In this document: in pieces, positions 21,263-30,405 of the stretch
Layout: the number at the start of each line of letters is the position of its first letter
Numbering within the stretch: the stretch's first letter is position 1
Origin: an uncultured Syntrophaceae bacterium
Lineage (GTDB): Bacteria > Desulfobacterota > Syntrophia > Syntrophales > UBA2210
Reading direction: 5' to 3'
Length of the DNA: 64,000 nt
NCBI GenBank assembly: GCA_964610735.1
Contig: CAZSYH010000005.1
Span: 5,912-69,911, forward strand
Program-made: the position numbers and the translations under genes
Notes under the pieces: model-generated
Databases searched by the model: none
Seen by the model: only the letters and a program-made list of their open reading frames with translations
What the model was told of the DNA's origin: nothing

Positions 21263-21911
21263 CAGTGGTCAATGTGGAAAAGTAGTTTGTGGACAGGATT
21301 AAAATGTGTGGATAGCGGTTGCCTTGAAGGAGACAAATATGCGGGTTCCTTCCTCGAGTCGGAGGTCAAGCAGAGCGCCCTTTGTAACCAGGGACTTGAA
21401 TGTGATGTTTTCCACCATAATGCCTGCTTCGTAATATAATCCACGATCGGATATTTCGGTTATATTTCCCGCGAAGGAGTTTCTCATGCTTGAAGTTAAT
21501 TCCTCTCGACTGAGGACAATGTCTTCCGGTCTGATCGCTATGTACCCTTTGCCGTTCAAAGGTTTTACGCTCAACTCTATCTCCAGGTTTCCCGTAAACG
21601 CCGTTGTTTCTCGAAACTGCGCGGCGAAGAGATTCTTCATGCCTACAAAGTCTGCAACAAAGGTGGAATCCGGGCGTTTGAATATGTCTTCCATCGTTCC
21701 TGCCTGTATGATTTTTCCATTGTTCATTATCGCCGCCCGGTCCGATAGTGAGAGCGCTTCCGCGAAATCGTGTGTAACCATGAGAAACGTGACATTGGAA
21801 TCCCTGTGCAGTTTCTTGAGCCCCGCCCTGATCTCCTCTCTGAATCCGGGGTCCAGTGCCGAAAGAGGTTCGTCAAGGAGTAGAATTTCCGGGTCCACCA
21901 TCAGTGCCCTT
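21263..21911. repeat. right copy of the 649-bp direct duplication
   Basis: Identical by eye to 16076-16724. Confidence 0.9.
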
Positions 21912-22336
21912 GCCATGGCGACCCGTTGCAGTTCTCCGCCGCTCAGATTGAGCGGAAATCGATTCAGGATATAGGAGATATCCAGATTTTCCACCAGGCG
22001 GTCGAATGTTTCATCGGACCGGTTTTTCTCGATCCTGTGGAAATGCAATCCATAGCGCATATTTTCGCGGACAGTCAGGTGAGGGAAGAGCGAGTAGTCC
22101 TGATATACTATGCTTACCCCGCGTTTCTCGGGGGCGAGTCCGGTAACGTTTTTCTCGCCGATATGGATGCTCCCGCTCTTTGTCGGAATCAGCCCGGCTA
22201 TTGCTTCGAGGAGGACTGTTTTCCCGGCGCCTGTCGGTCCCATCAGGACGAAAAACTCATTTGTGCCTATGTCGAGATTAATGTCAAACAGATTGAAATC
22301 TTTAAGATGGAGGTTGAGATTTTTTATACGTATCAT
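21299..22336 (-). CDS. wtpC: tungstate/molybdate ABC transporter ATP-binding protein with C-terminal TOBE domain
   Basis: Walker A GPTGAGKT, signature LSGGELQR, Walker B LLLDEP and a C-terminal TOBE-like fold. The start is at ATG 22336, forming an ATGA overlap with the upstream permease stop. Confidence 0.85.
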   Translation of the reverse strand: MIRIKNLNLHLKDFNLFDINLDIGTNEFFVLMGPTGAGKTVLLEAIAGLIPTKSGSIHIGEKNVTGLAPEKRGVSIVYQDYSLFPHLTVRENMRYGLHFHRIEKNRSDETFDRLVENLDISYILNRFPLNLSGGELQRVAMARALMVDPEILLLDEPLSALDPGFREEIRAGLKKLHRDSNVTFLMVTHDFAEALSLSDRAAIMNNGKIIQAGTMEDIFKRPDSTFVADFVGMKNLFAAQFRETTAFTGNLEIELSVKPLNGKGYIAIRPEDIVLSREELTSSMRNSFAGNITEISDRGLYYEAGIMVENITFKSLVTKGALLDLRLEEGTRIFVSFKATAIHTF

Positions 22337-23121
22337 GCCGTCTTTTCCCTGTCGTGGAGAGTAAGTATCCTCAGAATCAGAAAGAGTGTCAGGCATATGA
22401 AAACCAGCCATACCGCCACAGGTTGAGAGTATTTAAGTCCAAAGGCCTCGAATCGCTCGTATATCATGACCGGGGCGATCATGGGGTGGTAGGCGACAAT
22501 TACCACTGCGCCGAACTCGCTTATCGCCCGGGCGGAACACATAACGATTCCTACGAGCATGCTGCGCCACGCGAGGGGGAATGTTATCCTGAAAAAGGTG
22601 CTGAACATGGACGCCCCAAGACTGCGTGATACCTTCTCAAGTCTTGGAGAAATACTCTCGAACCCGCCCTTGACGGCATTTATGTAAAAAGGCATCCCAA
22701 CGAATGTCAGTACCACAACTATGCCGGTTACGCTTCCCATGATACGTATGCCGACCTGGCTGAACAGTTCGCCTAACCAGTGGTTCTTTCCGGCAACGCT
22801 GAGTATCGCTATTCCCACAACGGGGTGAGGGATAACTATAGGCAGGTCGATTATACTCTCTATCAGTTTTTTACCTCTGAAATCACTACGGGCCAGCACA
22901 TAGGCGAGTGGTGTCCCGAAGACAAATGAAATCAGGGCTGCCAGTCCGGCTGTATAAATACTCAGCCAGATCGACCTGACAACATCCTTATCTTTTATGG
23001 TTTCCTTCAGCATCGCAAAAGATGGCGCTGTCATCATCTCGACAAGGGGAAGAAGGATGAACGCCATAATTACGATGCCGCAGGAGACGGTAATCCAGAA
23101 AAATGGTTCTCTTTTTGTCAC
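22333..23121 (-). CDS. wtpB: tungstate/molybdate ABC transporter permease
   Basis: 262-aa protein with 5-6 TM segments and an ABC permease EAA-like loop (SRSLGASMFSTFFRITFPLA). Operon context supports the call. Confidence 0.85.
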   Translation of the reverse strand: MTKREPFFWITVSCGIVIMAFILLPLVEMMTAPSFAMLKETIKDKDVVRSIWLSIYTAGLAALISFVFGTPLAYVLARSDFRGKKLIESIIDLPIVIPHPVVGIAILSVAGKNHWLGELFSQVGIRIMGSVTGIVVVLTFVGMPFYINAVKGGFESISPRLEKVSRSLGASMFSTFFRITFPLAWRSMLVGIVMCSARAISEFGAVVIVAYHPMIAPVMIYERFEAFGLKYSQPVAVWLVFICLTLFLILRILTLHDREKTA

Positions 23122-24111
23122 TTAGTCTTTGACCTCAACCAGTTTTTGCAGTTCTGCCGGGAGGGATTTCTTCATTTCCGCGGTGGGCACCCTGCAGGGT
23201 ATAAAGGGAGGCTGCCCCATGTCCTTCAATATCTGAAGGCCGCCTTTTGGATCAAGCATGTATTCCAGAAAAGCTATGGCCGCTTCTGGGTTAGGTGCGT
23301 CTTTGATCAGGGTTACACCATACGTACATGAGATCCCCTTGATGATCATTGTGGTTCCCGGTTTCGTACCGGTAACCTCTACAAAGGACTGTTCATATAC
23401 AGGATCGTACTTGTAATTTCCAAGATTAATTTCATCAGGAAGGACAATATATTTCAGGCCATGCTGAACGGCGACTGATAGATATTCCCAGGCGTAGTCC
23501 ATATTCCCGGTCTGGAGCAGTGATATCAACTCCACCGATTTGGGGCGTACATTTTCCTCGGGGCGGTTTGCAATCAATTGTTTGTAGAGGCCGGGTTTAT
23601 TCAGCGCCTTTTCCGCGAGCTGCATTACCATGAGAGAACGATATCCGCAGGGATCGAGATTCGGATCGGAATGCCCCCATACGACATCCTTCTTCTGGAG
23701 GATTTGATACCAGTTGTCCGCGTTTACCGTGTCGGCATAAGCGCTTTTGTCGGTGTAACAGAGGACGAGCTGATTGGTAGCGAAGCGGATATTACAGTTC
23801 GCATAACCGGGTATGAGTAGTTTGTCTATCACTTTGTAATCCGCCGATGCCATGATGTCGCAGGGTTTGCCTATATCCGTTATCTTTCGCGCGCAATTTT
23901 GGCTTCCGGCAGCCTCACGCTGAAGATCGACACCGGGATATTTGGCCTCGAATGCCTTCTCCATGGCCGCGAATGGGACAGAAAGGCTGCCTGCGTGAAA
24001 CATGATCAGCTTACCGGAAGGACCGGCAAACGCGAATGTCGAGAAAAGCACAACTGTTGCACATAATAAGAGCACAACGACAGGTCTTAATAAACTCCTC
24101 TTTTTCATCAT
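23122..24111 (-). CDS. wtpA: periplasmic tungstate/molybdate-binding protein (WtpA/ModA type)
   Basis: Signal peptide, then [10 protein letters not shown]...REAAGS...ASADY motifs characteristic of WtpA-type oxyanion binders. The start is at ATG 24111, after AAGGAG. Confidence 0.75.
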   Translation of the reverse strand: MMKKRSLLRPVVVLLLCATVVLFSTFAFAGPSGKLIMFHAGSLSVPFAAMEKAFEAKYPGVDLQREAAGSQNCARKITDIGKPCDIMASADYKVIDKLLIPGYANCNIRFATNQLVLCYTDKSAYADTVNADNWYQILQKKDVVWGHSDPNLDPCGYRSLMVMQLAEKALNKPGLYKQLIANRPEENVRPKSVELISLLQTGNMDYAWEYLSVAVQHGLKYIVLPDEINLGNYKYDPVYEQSFVEVTGTKPGTTMIIKGISCTYGVTLIKDAPNPEAAIAFLEYMLDPKGGLQILKDMGQPPFIPCRVPTAEMKKSLPAELQKLVEVKD

Positions 24112-24210
24112 AAACTCCTTCTTTTGATTTATTTTTGTTTCTGGCAACGGTAAACGGGCAACCATATCTTACGTGGCACACCTACCATATTTGTTATTCC
24201 ACATCAATAT

Positions 24211-24243
24211 GAAATATTAATAGTCAGTTTGAAGTATTAATGG
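24211..24243. promoter_or_regulatory. two 13-bp direct repeats GAARTATTAATRG spaced 20 bp apart in the divergent wtpA / regulator intergenic region (candidate operator)
   Basis: gaaatattaatag at 24211-24223 and gaagtattaatgg at 24231-24243, read directly. The function is inferred. Confidence 0.3.
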
Positions 24244-24296
24244 TTATTATTTCATTTTTATTGATTTTCCTTGTCCTGCGTGGTATTTTTTAAACT

Positions 24297-25175
24297 ATGG
24301 ATAAATTGCTTACGACAAAGGAACTGGCCGGATTTCTGAGACTGAATGAGAAGAAGGTATATCAACTCGTAAAGGAAGGGAATATTCCCCATGTGCGGAT
24401 TGCCGGCAAGTGGCTCTTCCCGGAAAGGCATGTCACGAGATGGATAGATGAAAATGTGCAGAGGGAAAGAGATATCCTGATTGTGGGAAGCAATGATGTC
24501 CTTATGGAAAGACTTGTGCTTCTCTATTCCCAGGAAAATTTTCCGGGGTCCGTGGCTTTCTATTCGTCAATGGGCAGTTCCAGGGGTGTGCACGCTCTCT
24601 CTCTGAAAAAAGGGCAGGTATGCTGTACTCATCTTCTGGATACGGAGACAGGAGAATATAATCTTCCCTTTCTCGACAGAGTTCTCCCGGGACAGAGATA
24701 TGTAGTTGTTAACCTGTGGCGCAGGAAACAGGGGCTGATTGTGAAGAAAGGCAATCCCATGGGACTTCGAGGACTGGAAGACGTTATAGAGAAGAAGGCG
24801 AGATTCATAAACAGGAACGAAGGGTCCGGCACACATGTCCTTCTGGAATATTTTCTGAAAGAGAAGGGTTTGGACAAAAGAGATATCACCGGTTTTAATG
24901 AAGAAGTCGACAGCCATCTTGATGTGGCCCTCAAGGTTTTTTTCGGTGAGGCGGATGTGGGGTTAGGTATAGAGTATGTTACGTACCCCCTGGGTCTGGA
25001 TTTTCTGCCGCTCAAGGAGGAGATGTTTGACCTTGTTATTCCCGTAGAACTGTGGTCCACGAGCGTCATAAAAGGGTTCATGAATTACATAGACCCGGTC
25101 AGGATAAACAACCTGTCCAAAAATCTCCCCGGCTACAACCTGAAAGATACAGGAAAGATCAGATTTGAGAATTGA
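24297..25175 (+). CDS. TunR-family-like regulator: excisionase-type HTH fused to a periplasmic-binding-protein-like oxyanion domain
   Basis: N-terminal LLTTKELAGFLRLNEKKVYQLVKEGNIPHVRIAGKWLF (HTH_17-like) plus a roughly 230-aa PBP-like domain. It is divergent from the wtp operon. Confidence 0.7.
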   Translation: MDKLLTTKELAGFLRLNEKKVYQLVKEGNIPHVRIAGKWLFPERHVTRWIDENVQRERDILIVGSNDVLMERLVLLYSQENFPGSVAFYSSMGSSRGVHALSLKKGQVCCTHLLDTETGEYNLPFLDRVLPGQRYVVVNLWRRKQGLIVKKGNPMGLRGLEDVIEKKARFINRNEGSGTHVLLEYFLKEKGLDKRDITGFNEEVDSHLDVALKVFFGEADVGLGIEYVTYPLGLDFLPLKEEMFDLVIPVELWSTSVIKGFMNYIDPVRINNLSKNLPGYNLKDTGKIRFEN

Positions 25176-25275
25176 TGGTCTTGAACTGAATGGCGAGCGC
25201 ACTTCTGAGTTATTTGTCCAGCCGCATAAAACTTCAGGCTCCTGTCTGGAGATGTAGCGGAAGCCCGGAGGGGGT

Positions 25276-26115
25276 GTGAAAACTAAGAAAAAAACTTTTC
25301 ACTGGAGAGGGTGGACCACATTTGTGGTCACCATATCCTTTATCGTAGACACTCTGTCGGGGATTATTCTTTATATTGCTCCTCCAGGAAGAATTGCCAA
25401 CTGGACCAACTGGAAGATCTGGGGACTTACAAAAGAGCAATGGGGAGCAGTGCACACCATATTTGGGTATGTTCTTCTACTGATTGTAGTTGCCCATCTG
25501 TATTTCAATTGGAGGCTCTTTGTCAGTTTCCTGTGGAACAATGCAAAAAAGGTTTTGAACCTGAAGTGGGAGCTGACTCTGTCCGTCGTGGTCTGCCTCG
25601 TTATATTCCTTGGATCTATCTGGAATATTACCCCTTTCAGCACCATCATGGAAATTGGGGAACACTTCAAGCAAGGTTGGGAACAAAGCGAGGCAAGAGC
25701 GCCACTGGCACACGCAGAGTTGCTCACCCTTAATGATTTTGCCGAGAGCATCAAAGTGCCGGTGGAACAAATAACGGAGATACTGAAATCCCTGGGGTAT
25801 GCCTTCGTTGGCATTCATCAGACCGTCGGGGACATTGCCAAGGCCAATAATATTTCTCCCAACAAGCTCTATGAGGATATTAAGGCCGGTGGTGTCAACC
25901 CCGACCCTGTCTCTCCTGAAAACATTGAGGGCTCCGGGATGGGAAGGAAAACCCTGAGGGTAATTTGTGAAGAACAGGGTTTGTCCCTGGAAAAAGTTCT
26001 TTCAAGATTGAAAGAACAGGGTTTAGAGGCCAAACCCGATGATCAACTGAAAGACCTGGCCACACAACTCGGGAAGAAGCCTACGGAGATGCTTAATATC
26101 CTTAGTGAAGAATAA
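25276..26115 (+). CDS. DUF4405-like membrane domain fused to a soluble helical-repeat domain
   Basis: GTG start after GGAGGGGG. There are 4 TM helices with conserved His (AVHTIFGY, VVAHLYFNW). The C-terminal half has about four helix-hairpin modules of roughly 25 aa. Confidence 0.6.
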   Translation: MKTKKKTFHWRGWTTFVVTISFIVDTLSGIILYIAPPGRIANWTNWKIWGLTKEQWGAVHTIFGYVLLLIVVAHLYFNWRLFVSFLWNNAKKVLNLKWELTLSVVVCLVIFLGSIWNITPFSTIMEIGEHFKQGWEQSEARAPLAHAELLTLNDFAESIKVPVEQITEILKSLGYAFVGIHQTVGDIAKANNISPNKLYEDIKAGGVNPDPVSPENIEGSGMGRKTLRVICEEQGLSLEKVLSRLKEQGLEAKPDDQLKDLATQLGKKPTEMLNILSEE

Positions 26116-26400
26116 AAAGGATATCGACCGGGGGCGAGGACATCTTCCTTGCTGTTGGTTTTCCGAATCGGTCCATTCGTGCACCATTTCAGTTCGTAAT
26201 GATTACATCTATGGCGACCCCAATACATCCTTCCCGCAATCATCGGTACAGCATCCATATTTTGAGCCGGTTTTTTGACATACAAGAGACCGCCCTGCCT
26301 GAAACAGCTTTTGACAGTTGACAGAGAATGTCGTTGTTATTAAATTATAACAGTAGGGTAAATATAGTATAGACAATTAAAACTAAATGGGAGGTGTACC

Positions 26401-26610
26401 ATGAAGATCAGTGCTCGCAACATAATGAAGGGGAAAGTCAAAGCCGTGAAAACTGGTGCAGTAAATGATGAAGTAGTGGTTGAGCTGCCGGGTGGTTCTG
26501 AAATAGTTTCCATCATTACAAAATCTTCAGCGGAAAAACTGGATTTGGCTCCCGGAAAAGAAGTTTACGCCATAGTCAAAGCATCCAATGTCATGATCGG
26601 TGTGGATTAA
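26401..26610 (+). CDS. mop: molbindin (single TOBE domain, Mop)
   Basis: 69 aa, MKISARN...KGKV....G.V..EV.V.L.GG..I.SIIT..S...L.L..G..V.A.VKAS.V.I pattern typical of Mop. Confidence 0.85.
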   Translation: MKISARNIMKGKVKAVKTGAVNDEVVVELPGGSEIVSIITKSSAEKLDLAPGKEVYAIVKASNVMIGVD

Positions 26611-26640
26611 ATGATTAGATGAACTTTTTAAGTTGAGTAG

Positions 26641-26678
26641 ATGGTACTGGCGGCTTCATCGTAAGCTGCCAGTACCAT
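26641..26678 (+). terminator. hairpin downstream of mop (14-bp stem, one mismatch)
   Basis: atggtactggcggc / gctgccagtaccat around a 10-nt loop. There is no strong U-tract. Confidence 0.4.
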
Positions 26679-27017
26679 TCTATAAATGTACTTCATCCCC
26701 GGGCGGGTAGATGCAACATGACCTCTTTCCACCCGTAACTCTTGATTCTGACAACTGCCCACCCTTGAACCGTTGTAGATGGCTTCAATAACCGGTACAT
26801 TTTATTTTCTCTTTTATCACTACCGCGCATTACCAAAGAAAGCTGCTACATAAAAGCATTTTCCCAAAAACAAAACTTCAAATACAAATCTTCCAGAAAT
26901 CAGGGCGGGACTGTGATCAGCAGAAAATATTTCAGGTTGAAAGATTATCAATTGTTCAGCCTGAAATTCCGTCACCTTTACAATTGACTTTGGCCAATGT
27001 AAGTGCCAAAAGCCCCT

Positions 27018-28199
27018 ATGGCAAATACTCAATCAAGAACCTACTGGAAAATTATCATCGCTCTCAGCCTGGTGCACTTCAGTGGGGATTTCTACAGTTC
27101 TTTCATCAACCCGCTGTTTCCCGTGTTTATGGATAAGATGGGGCTTAGTCTGACCCAGGTGGGTCTTCTGGCGGGGATTTCCCGTTTTTTGATGTTCATT
27201 GTACAGCCCATGTCAGGCTATTGGTCTGACCGGTATCCCACCCGCGGTATTCTCTTGATAGGGTTGCTCATGCCCATCCTTTTTATTCCCCTGACGGGAA
27301 TGACAACCGGTTTTTACGGATTACTTTTGTGTATTGCCATCGGCTCCATGGGGTCTTCCCTATTTCATCCCCCGGTCACAGGTATGGTGCCTCTATATGC
27401 CGGTCCAAAACTTGGGCTGGCCATGTCCATTTTTAATACGGCCGGTACCCTGGCCTTCGGGGTGGGGCCCATCTTTATCACTTTGTATGTGGCCCGGTTC
27501 GGTCTCAGCGCCATGCCGGCTACCATGATCATAGGCCTTTTGATCTGGGTGTATTTCTATCGGGTCATCCCCAAGCCCCAGGGAAACGGAATGGCCCAGT
27601 ATGGTTTTTGGGAGACCCTCAGGCAGACCCTGGGCAGTGTCTGGCAGCCGATCCTGCTGATCTGGATCGTCATGGTTATGCGAGCGGTGGTTGGTCAGTC
27701 ATTGATTACCTTTATGCCAGTTATCTGGGTTCAGAAAGGGCATAGCATTGTTTCCGCCGGTGTTCTCTTTTCCATCTTTACCCTTTCAGGGGCGGTGGCC
27801 GGGATTACCTGCGGTTATCTTTCGGACCGTATGGGATACAAACGCCTGCTGTGGATCACGCATGGTCTCATGACCCCTTTTCTGCTTGTATTTTTGTTGG
27901 TTCCCGGAAACTGGATTTATCCGGCTACGATATTGGCAGGCGGATTTAATATGGCTTCCCTGCCCCTCGGCGTGGTGATGGCCCAGAAAATCGCCCCCAG
28001 GGGCCGCTCCATGGTAGCCAGTCTGATGATGGGACTGGCTTTTGGAATCGGCGGTGTTTTTTCCCCCATCGTCGGTAAGCTGGGCGACATCTTTTCCATT
28101 CAGAGCGTACTGCTGATTATCGTATGCATTCCCCTTTTCTCCCTGATTCCAATTTATTTTATTCCTGAAGTAGGGAATTACACGGATCAACAACCCTGA
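27018..28199 (+). CDS. MFS transporter
   Basis: About 12 TM segments and an MFS loop motif (GYWSDRYPTRG, GYLSDRMGYKR). Confidence 0.8.
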   Translation: MANTQSRTYWKIIIALSLVHFSGDFYSSFINPLFPVFMDKMGLSLTQVGLLAGISRFLMFIVQPMSGYWSDRYPTRGILLIGLLMPILFIPLTGMTTGFYGLLLCIAIGSMGSSLFHPPVTGMVPLYAGPKLGLAMSIFNTAGTLAFGVGPIFITLYVARFGLSAMPATMIIGLLIWVYFYRVIPKPQGNGMAQYGFWETLRQTLGSVWQPILLIWIVMVMRAVVGQSLITFMPVIWVQKGHSIVSAGVLFSIFTLSGAVAGITCGYLSDRMGYKRLLWITHGLMTPFLLVFLLVPGNWIYPATILAGGFNMASLPLGVVMAQKIAPRGRSMVASLMMGLAFGIGGVFSPIVGKLGDIFSIQSVLLIIVCIPLFSLIPIYFIPEVGNYTDQQP

Positions 28200-28574
28200 T
28201 ATGGCCGCGCTGAATTAGCGAACGGAGTGCCACCGATAAGCCGTGTCTTCAAATACAAGTCCTTAGGGCGGCTGGTCGGGCCAGATCATTGAATGCGGGA
28301 TGAAACATGCTACTACCTGACAAATTGTTTCCCTCTCATTCCGGCTAATGGTTTGCTTCCTGAAGTCGAGGAAATTAATCGGGATCGAATGATTGTATAT
28401 TTCTTTTCGTAATCAGTGATGATTAAATAAAAGGGCGCTGTTGTCCCTAATTACCCAAACAATTGTATTTTGCTTATTCAGCCATAGATAACTTATTATG
28501 ATAACTTATTATAGGGTATTATTTAAGGGGGATCAACTTAATTATTTTTTCTTATTTTTCTCAGCTTTACGTTT

Positions 28575-29414
28575 CTATAACTTTTTACCACTCACATATG
28601 CAAGCTGGGCCGACTCTAAACTGTGGTGGGGTATTTCTCGATAAGGGATCGCTTCCTCTTTAAACTCAAAAATTTCTGACAACCCTCCCAGATTTAAACC
28701 AGCATCCTTTAATGATTTATGTTTTACTTCTTTCATTCTAAACTTTTCTATTTCTTTGAGAAGTTCATTTATATGATTTACTTTGTATGTATCCAAAAAG
28801 AGTCCTCCAATTGGATCACAAACAAGCAGTATCCCACCCGGCGCTAAAACCCGAATGGCTTCTCTAAACAGTACCTTTCTATCCGGTACGCGAATCTCAT
28901 GAAAGGTTAAAGCGCTAACCACTACCTTAAATTTTCCATCTCTAAAAGGTAAATTCAGAGCGCTGCCATGCTGGAAAGTACAACGCTGGTGGACGTTTTC
29001 AACTATTGCGTTTTTTTGAGCTCCGGCTTTACTTATCCCCATAAACGACCATCCTTTTGACCAAGTATCCACCCCATACACTTGAGCATTAGGGAAGCGT
29101 TTTGCAATTTTAATTGCGATAGGGCCAAGTCCAGTGCCAATATCCAGAACTCTTCCATATCCATCCCAAATCGCAGCCACCTCATCTAAAAAAGTTTTGT
29201 AAAACTGTCTTAACTTGTAAGGATCTACACACCAACCTAATGCATAGTAAAAATAAATTCCAGAAAAGACAAACATAGCTCCAAAAACCAAGCCGAGCAT
29301 CAATAGCCAGCTTGAGGTATTAAATATTGAAAAAAGAATAGCTAAAATACCTGCTCCAATAGAACCCAAACTTATATATTTCAATGCATTGTATCCATAA
29401 TAAGTTACTTGCAT
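28575..29414 (-). CDS. membrane-anchored class I SAM-dependent methyltransferase
   Basis: Two N-terminal TM helices, then motif I (VLDIGTGLGPIA). The gene is visibly AT-rich compared with its neighbours. Confidence 0.7.
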   Translation of the reverse strand: MQVTYYGYNALKYISLGSIGAGILAILFSIFNTSSWLLMLGLVFGAMFVFSGIYFYYALGWCVDPYKLRQFYKTFLDEVAAIWDGYGRVLDIGTGLGPIAIKIAKRFPNAQVYGVDTWSKGWSFMGISKAGAQKNAIVENVHQRCTFQHGSALNLPFRDGKFKVVVSALTFHEIRVPDRKVLFREAIRVLAPGGILLVCDPIGGLFLDTYKVNHINELLKEIEKFRMKEVKHKSLKDAGLNLGGLSEIFEFKEEAIPYREIPHHSLESAQLAYVSGKKL

Positions 29415-29638
29415 AGTTTGTTCCTACTTTTTCTGAAAAATTATTTAGAATTAATTCATACCTTCCTCAATTTAAAACTATATTTACTTATTTAAAACGT
29501 ATTTCTCTGCTACTTTTTCAGCCTCGGCTACTTCAATATAAATTTCTTCTCTCTTGGGTAAATTTAACGCATAATGATGGATCATGGCTGGAGCGGCAAG
29601 GTTAGATGAGGCTTCGCTATCGTTGCATAGTGGATGAA

Positions 29639-30400
29639 CTATGGCGCAAGTGTCTTCGCTAGTCTCTTGGCCAAGGCAACAATTGTCAGAATCGGTGGCA
29701 AACCAGAAGACGTCGGGAAAACGCTGGCATCACAAACGAAAAGGTTGTCCATCTTGGTTTGCAGATCTTTATCCACGACTTTGCCAATAGCAGCGGTCCC
29801 CCCGGGATGACCGCCCTGCACCTTCGAGACTACAATAGAGTTGCTATCTGCGCCTGCTTTGACCAATATCTCCTTGGATATCGAGGAGCCCTCCCTTAGC
29901 GTTGCCCAGTCATTCTCAGTCACCGGCTTGGAGAATGTTCCATCTGCATAGACACGTCCGAACGGATCATCAGCAATTTTGTTCATGATGCCAAGCAAGC
30001 GATCTGTAGGCAGAAAAATGCCTTTCACCCCCAACTCGGTGTACCTTACAAGCCTTGGCTGATTCAAAGAGGGAGACAAGATGAAACTCTTGCCCTTGTG
30101 GGATCCATGATAGACAAGCGACATTGTCGGCTCATTGGTCTGGCTAAGATCTTTAGTTACCCCATAAGTACTCACAAGTAGATCCATAAAGAAACCAGAA
30201 CCTGCGTCCTCGACTCCCGATTTCAGCAGGATCACGGGTGTTTCCACCCCACCAGCAGCAAGGATGACCACATCTGCCAGAATCTCGACGGCGTGTATGT
30301 GCCCGTTTCAGAGATGACCCCTCCCAACTCGTACCTCAAGGTCCCCCGTCGCGATGTCAGGACCACCGACGGTCTGTCTCTCACCCTGATCAATCCGGCC
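29639..30400 (-). pseudogene. GMC-family oxidoreductase remnant (C-terminal half only)
   Basis: ADVVILAAGGVETPVILLKSG and the C-terminal GMC_oxred_C-like region (HPGGTAAIG, NLFVCDASVFPTSSGLPP). The upstream same-frame sequence is interrupted by TGA and lacks the N-terminal FAD GxGxxG part. Confidence 0.65.
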
Positions 30401-30405
30401 TCTAT

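Noticed and set aside
30313-30315. In-frame TGA in the GMC oxidoreductase remnant as a selenocysteine codon. In-frame stops in the IS91 transposase as programmed recoding.
   Set aside because: GMC enzymes are not selenoproteins, and the N-terminal FAD domain is missing anyway. The IS91-type gene has three different stop codons plus a frameshift, which indicates decay rather than recoding.
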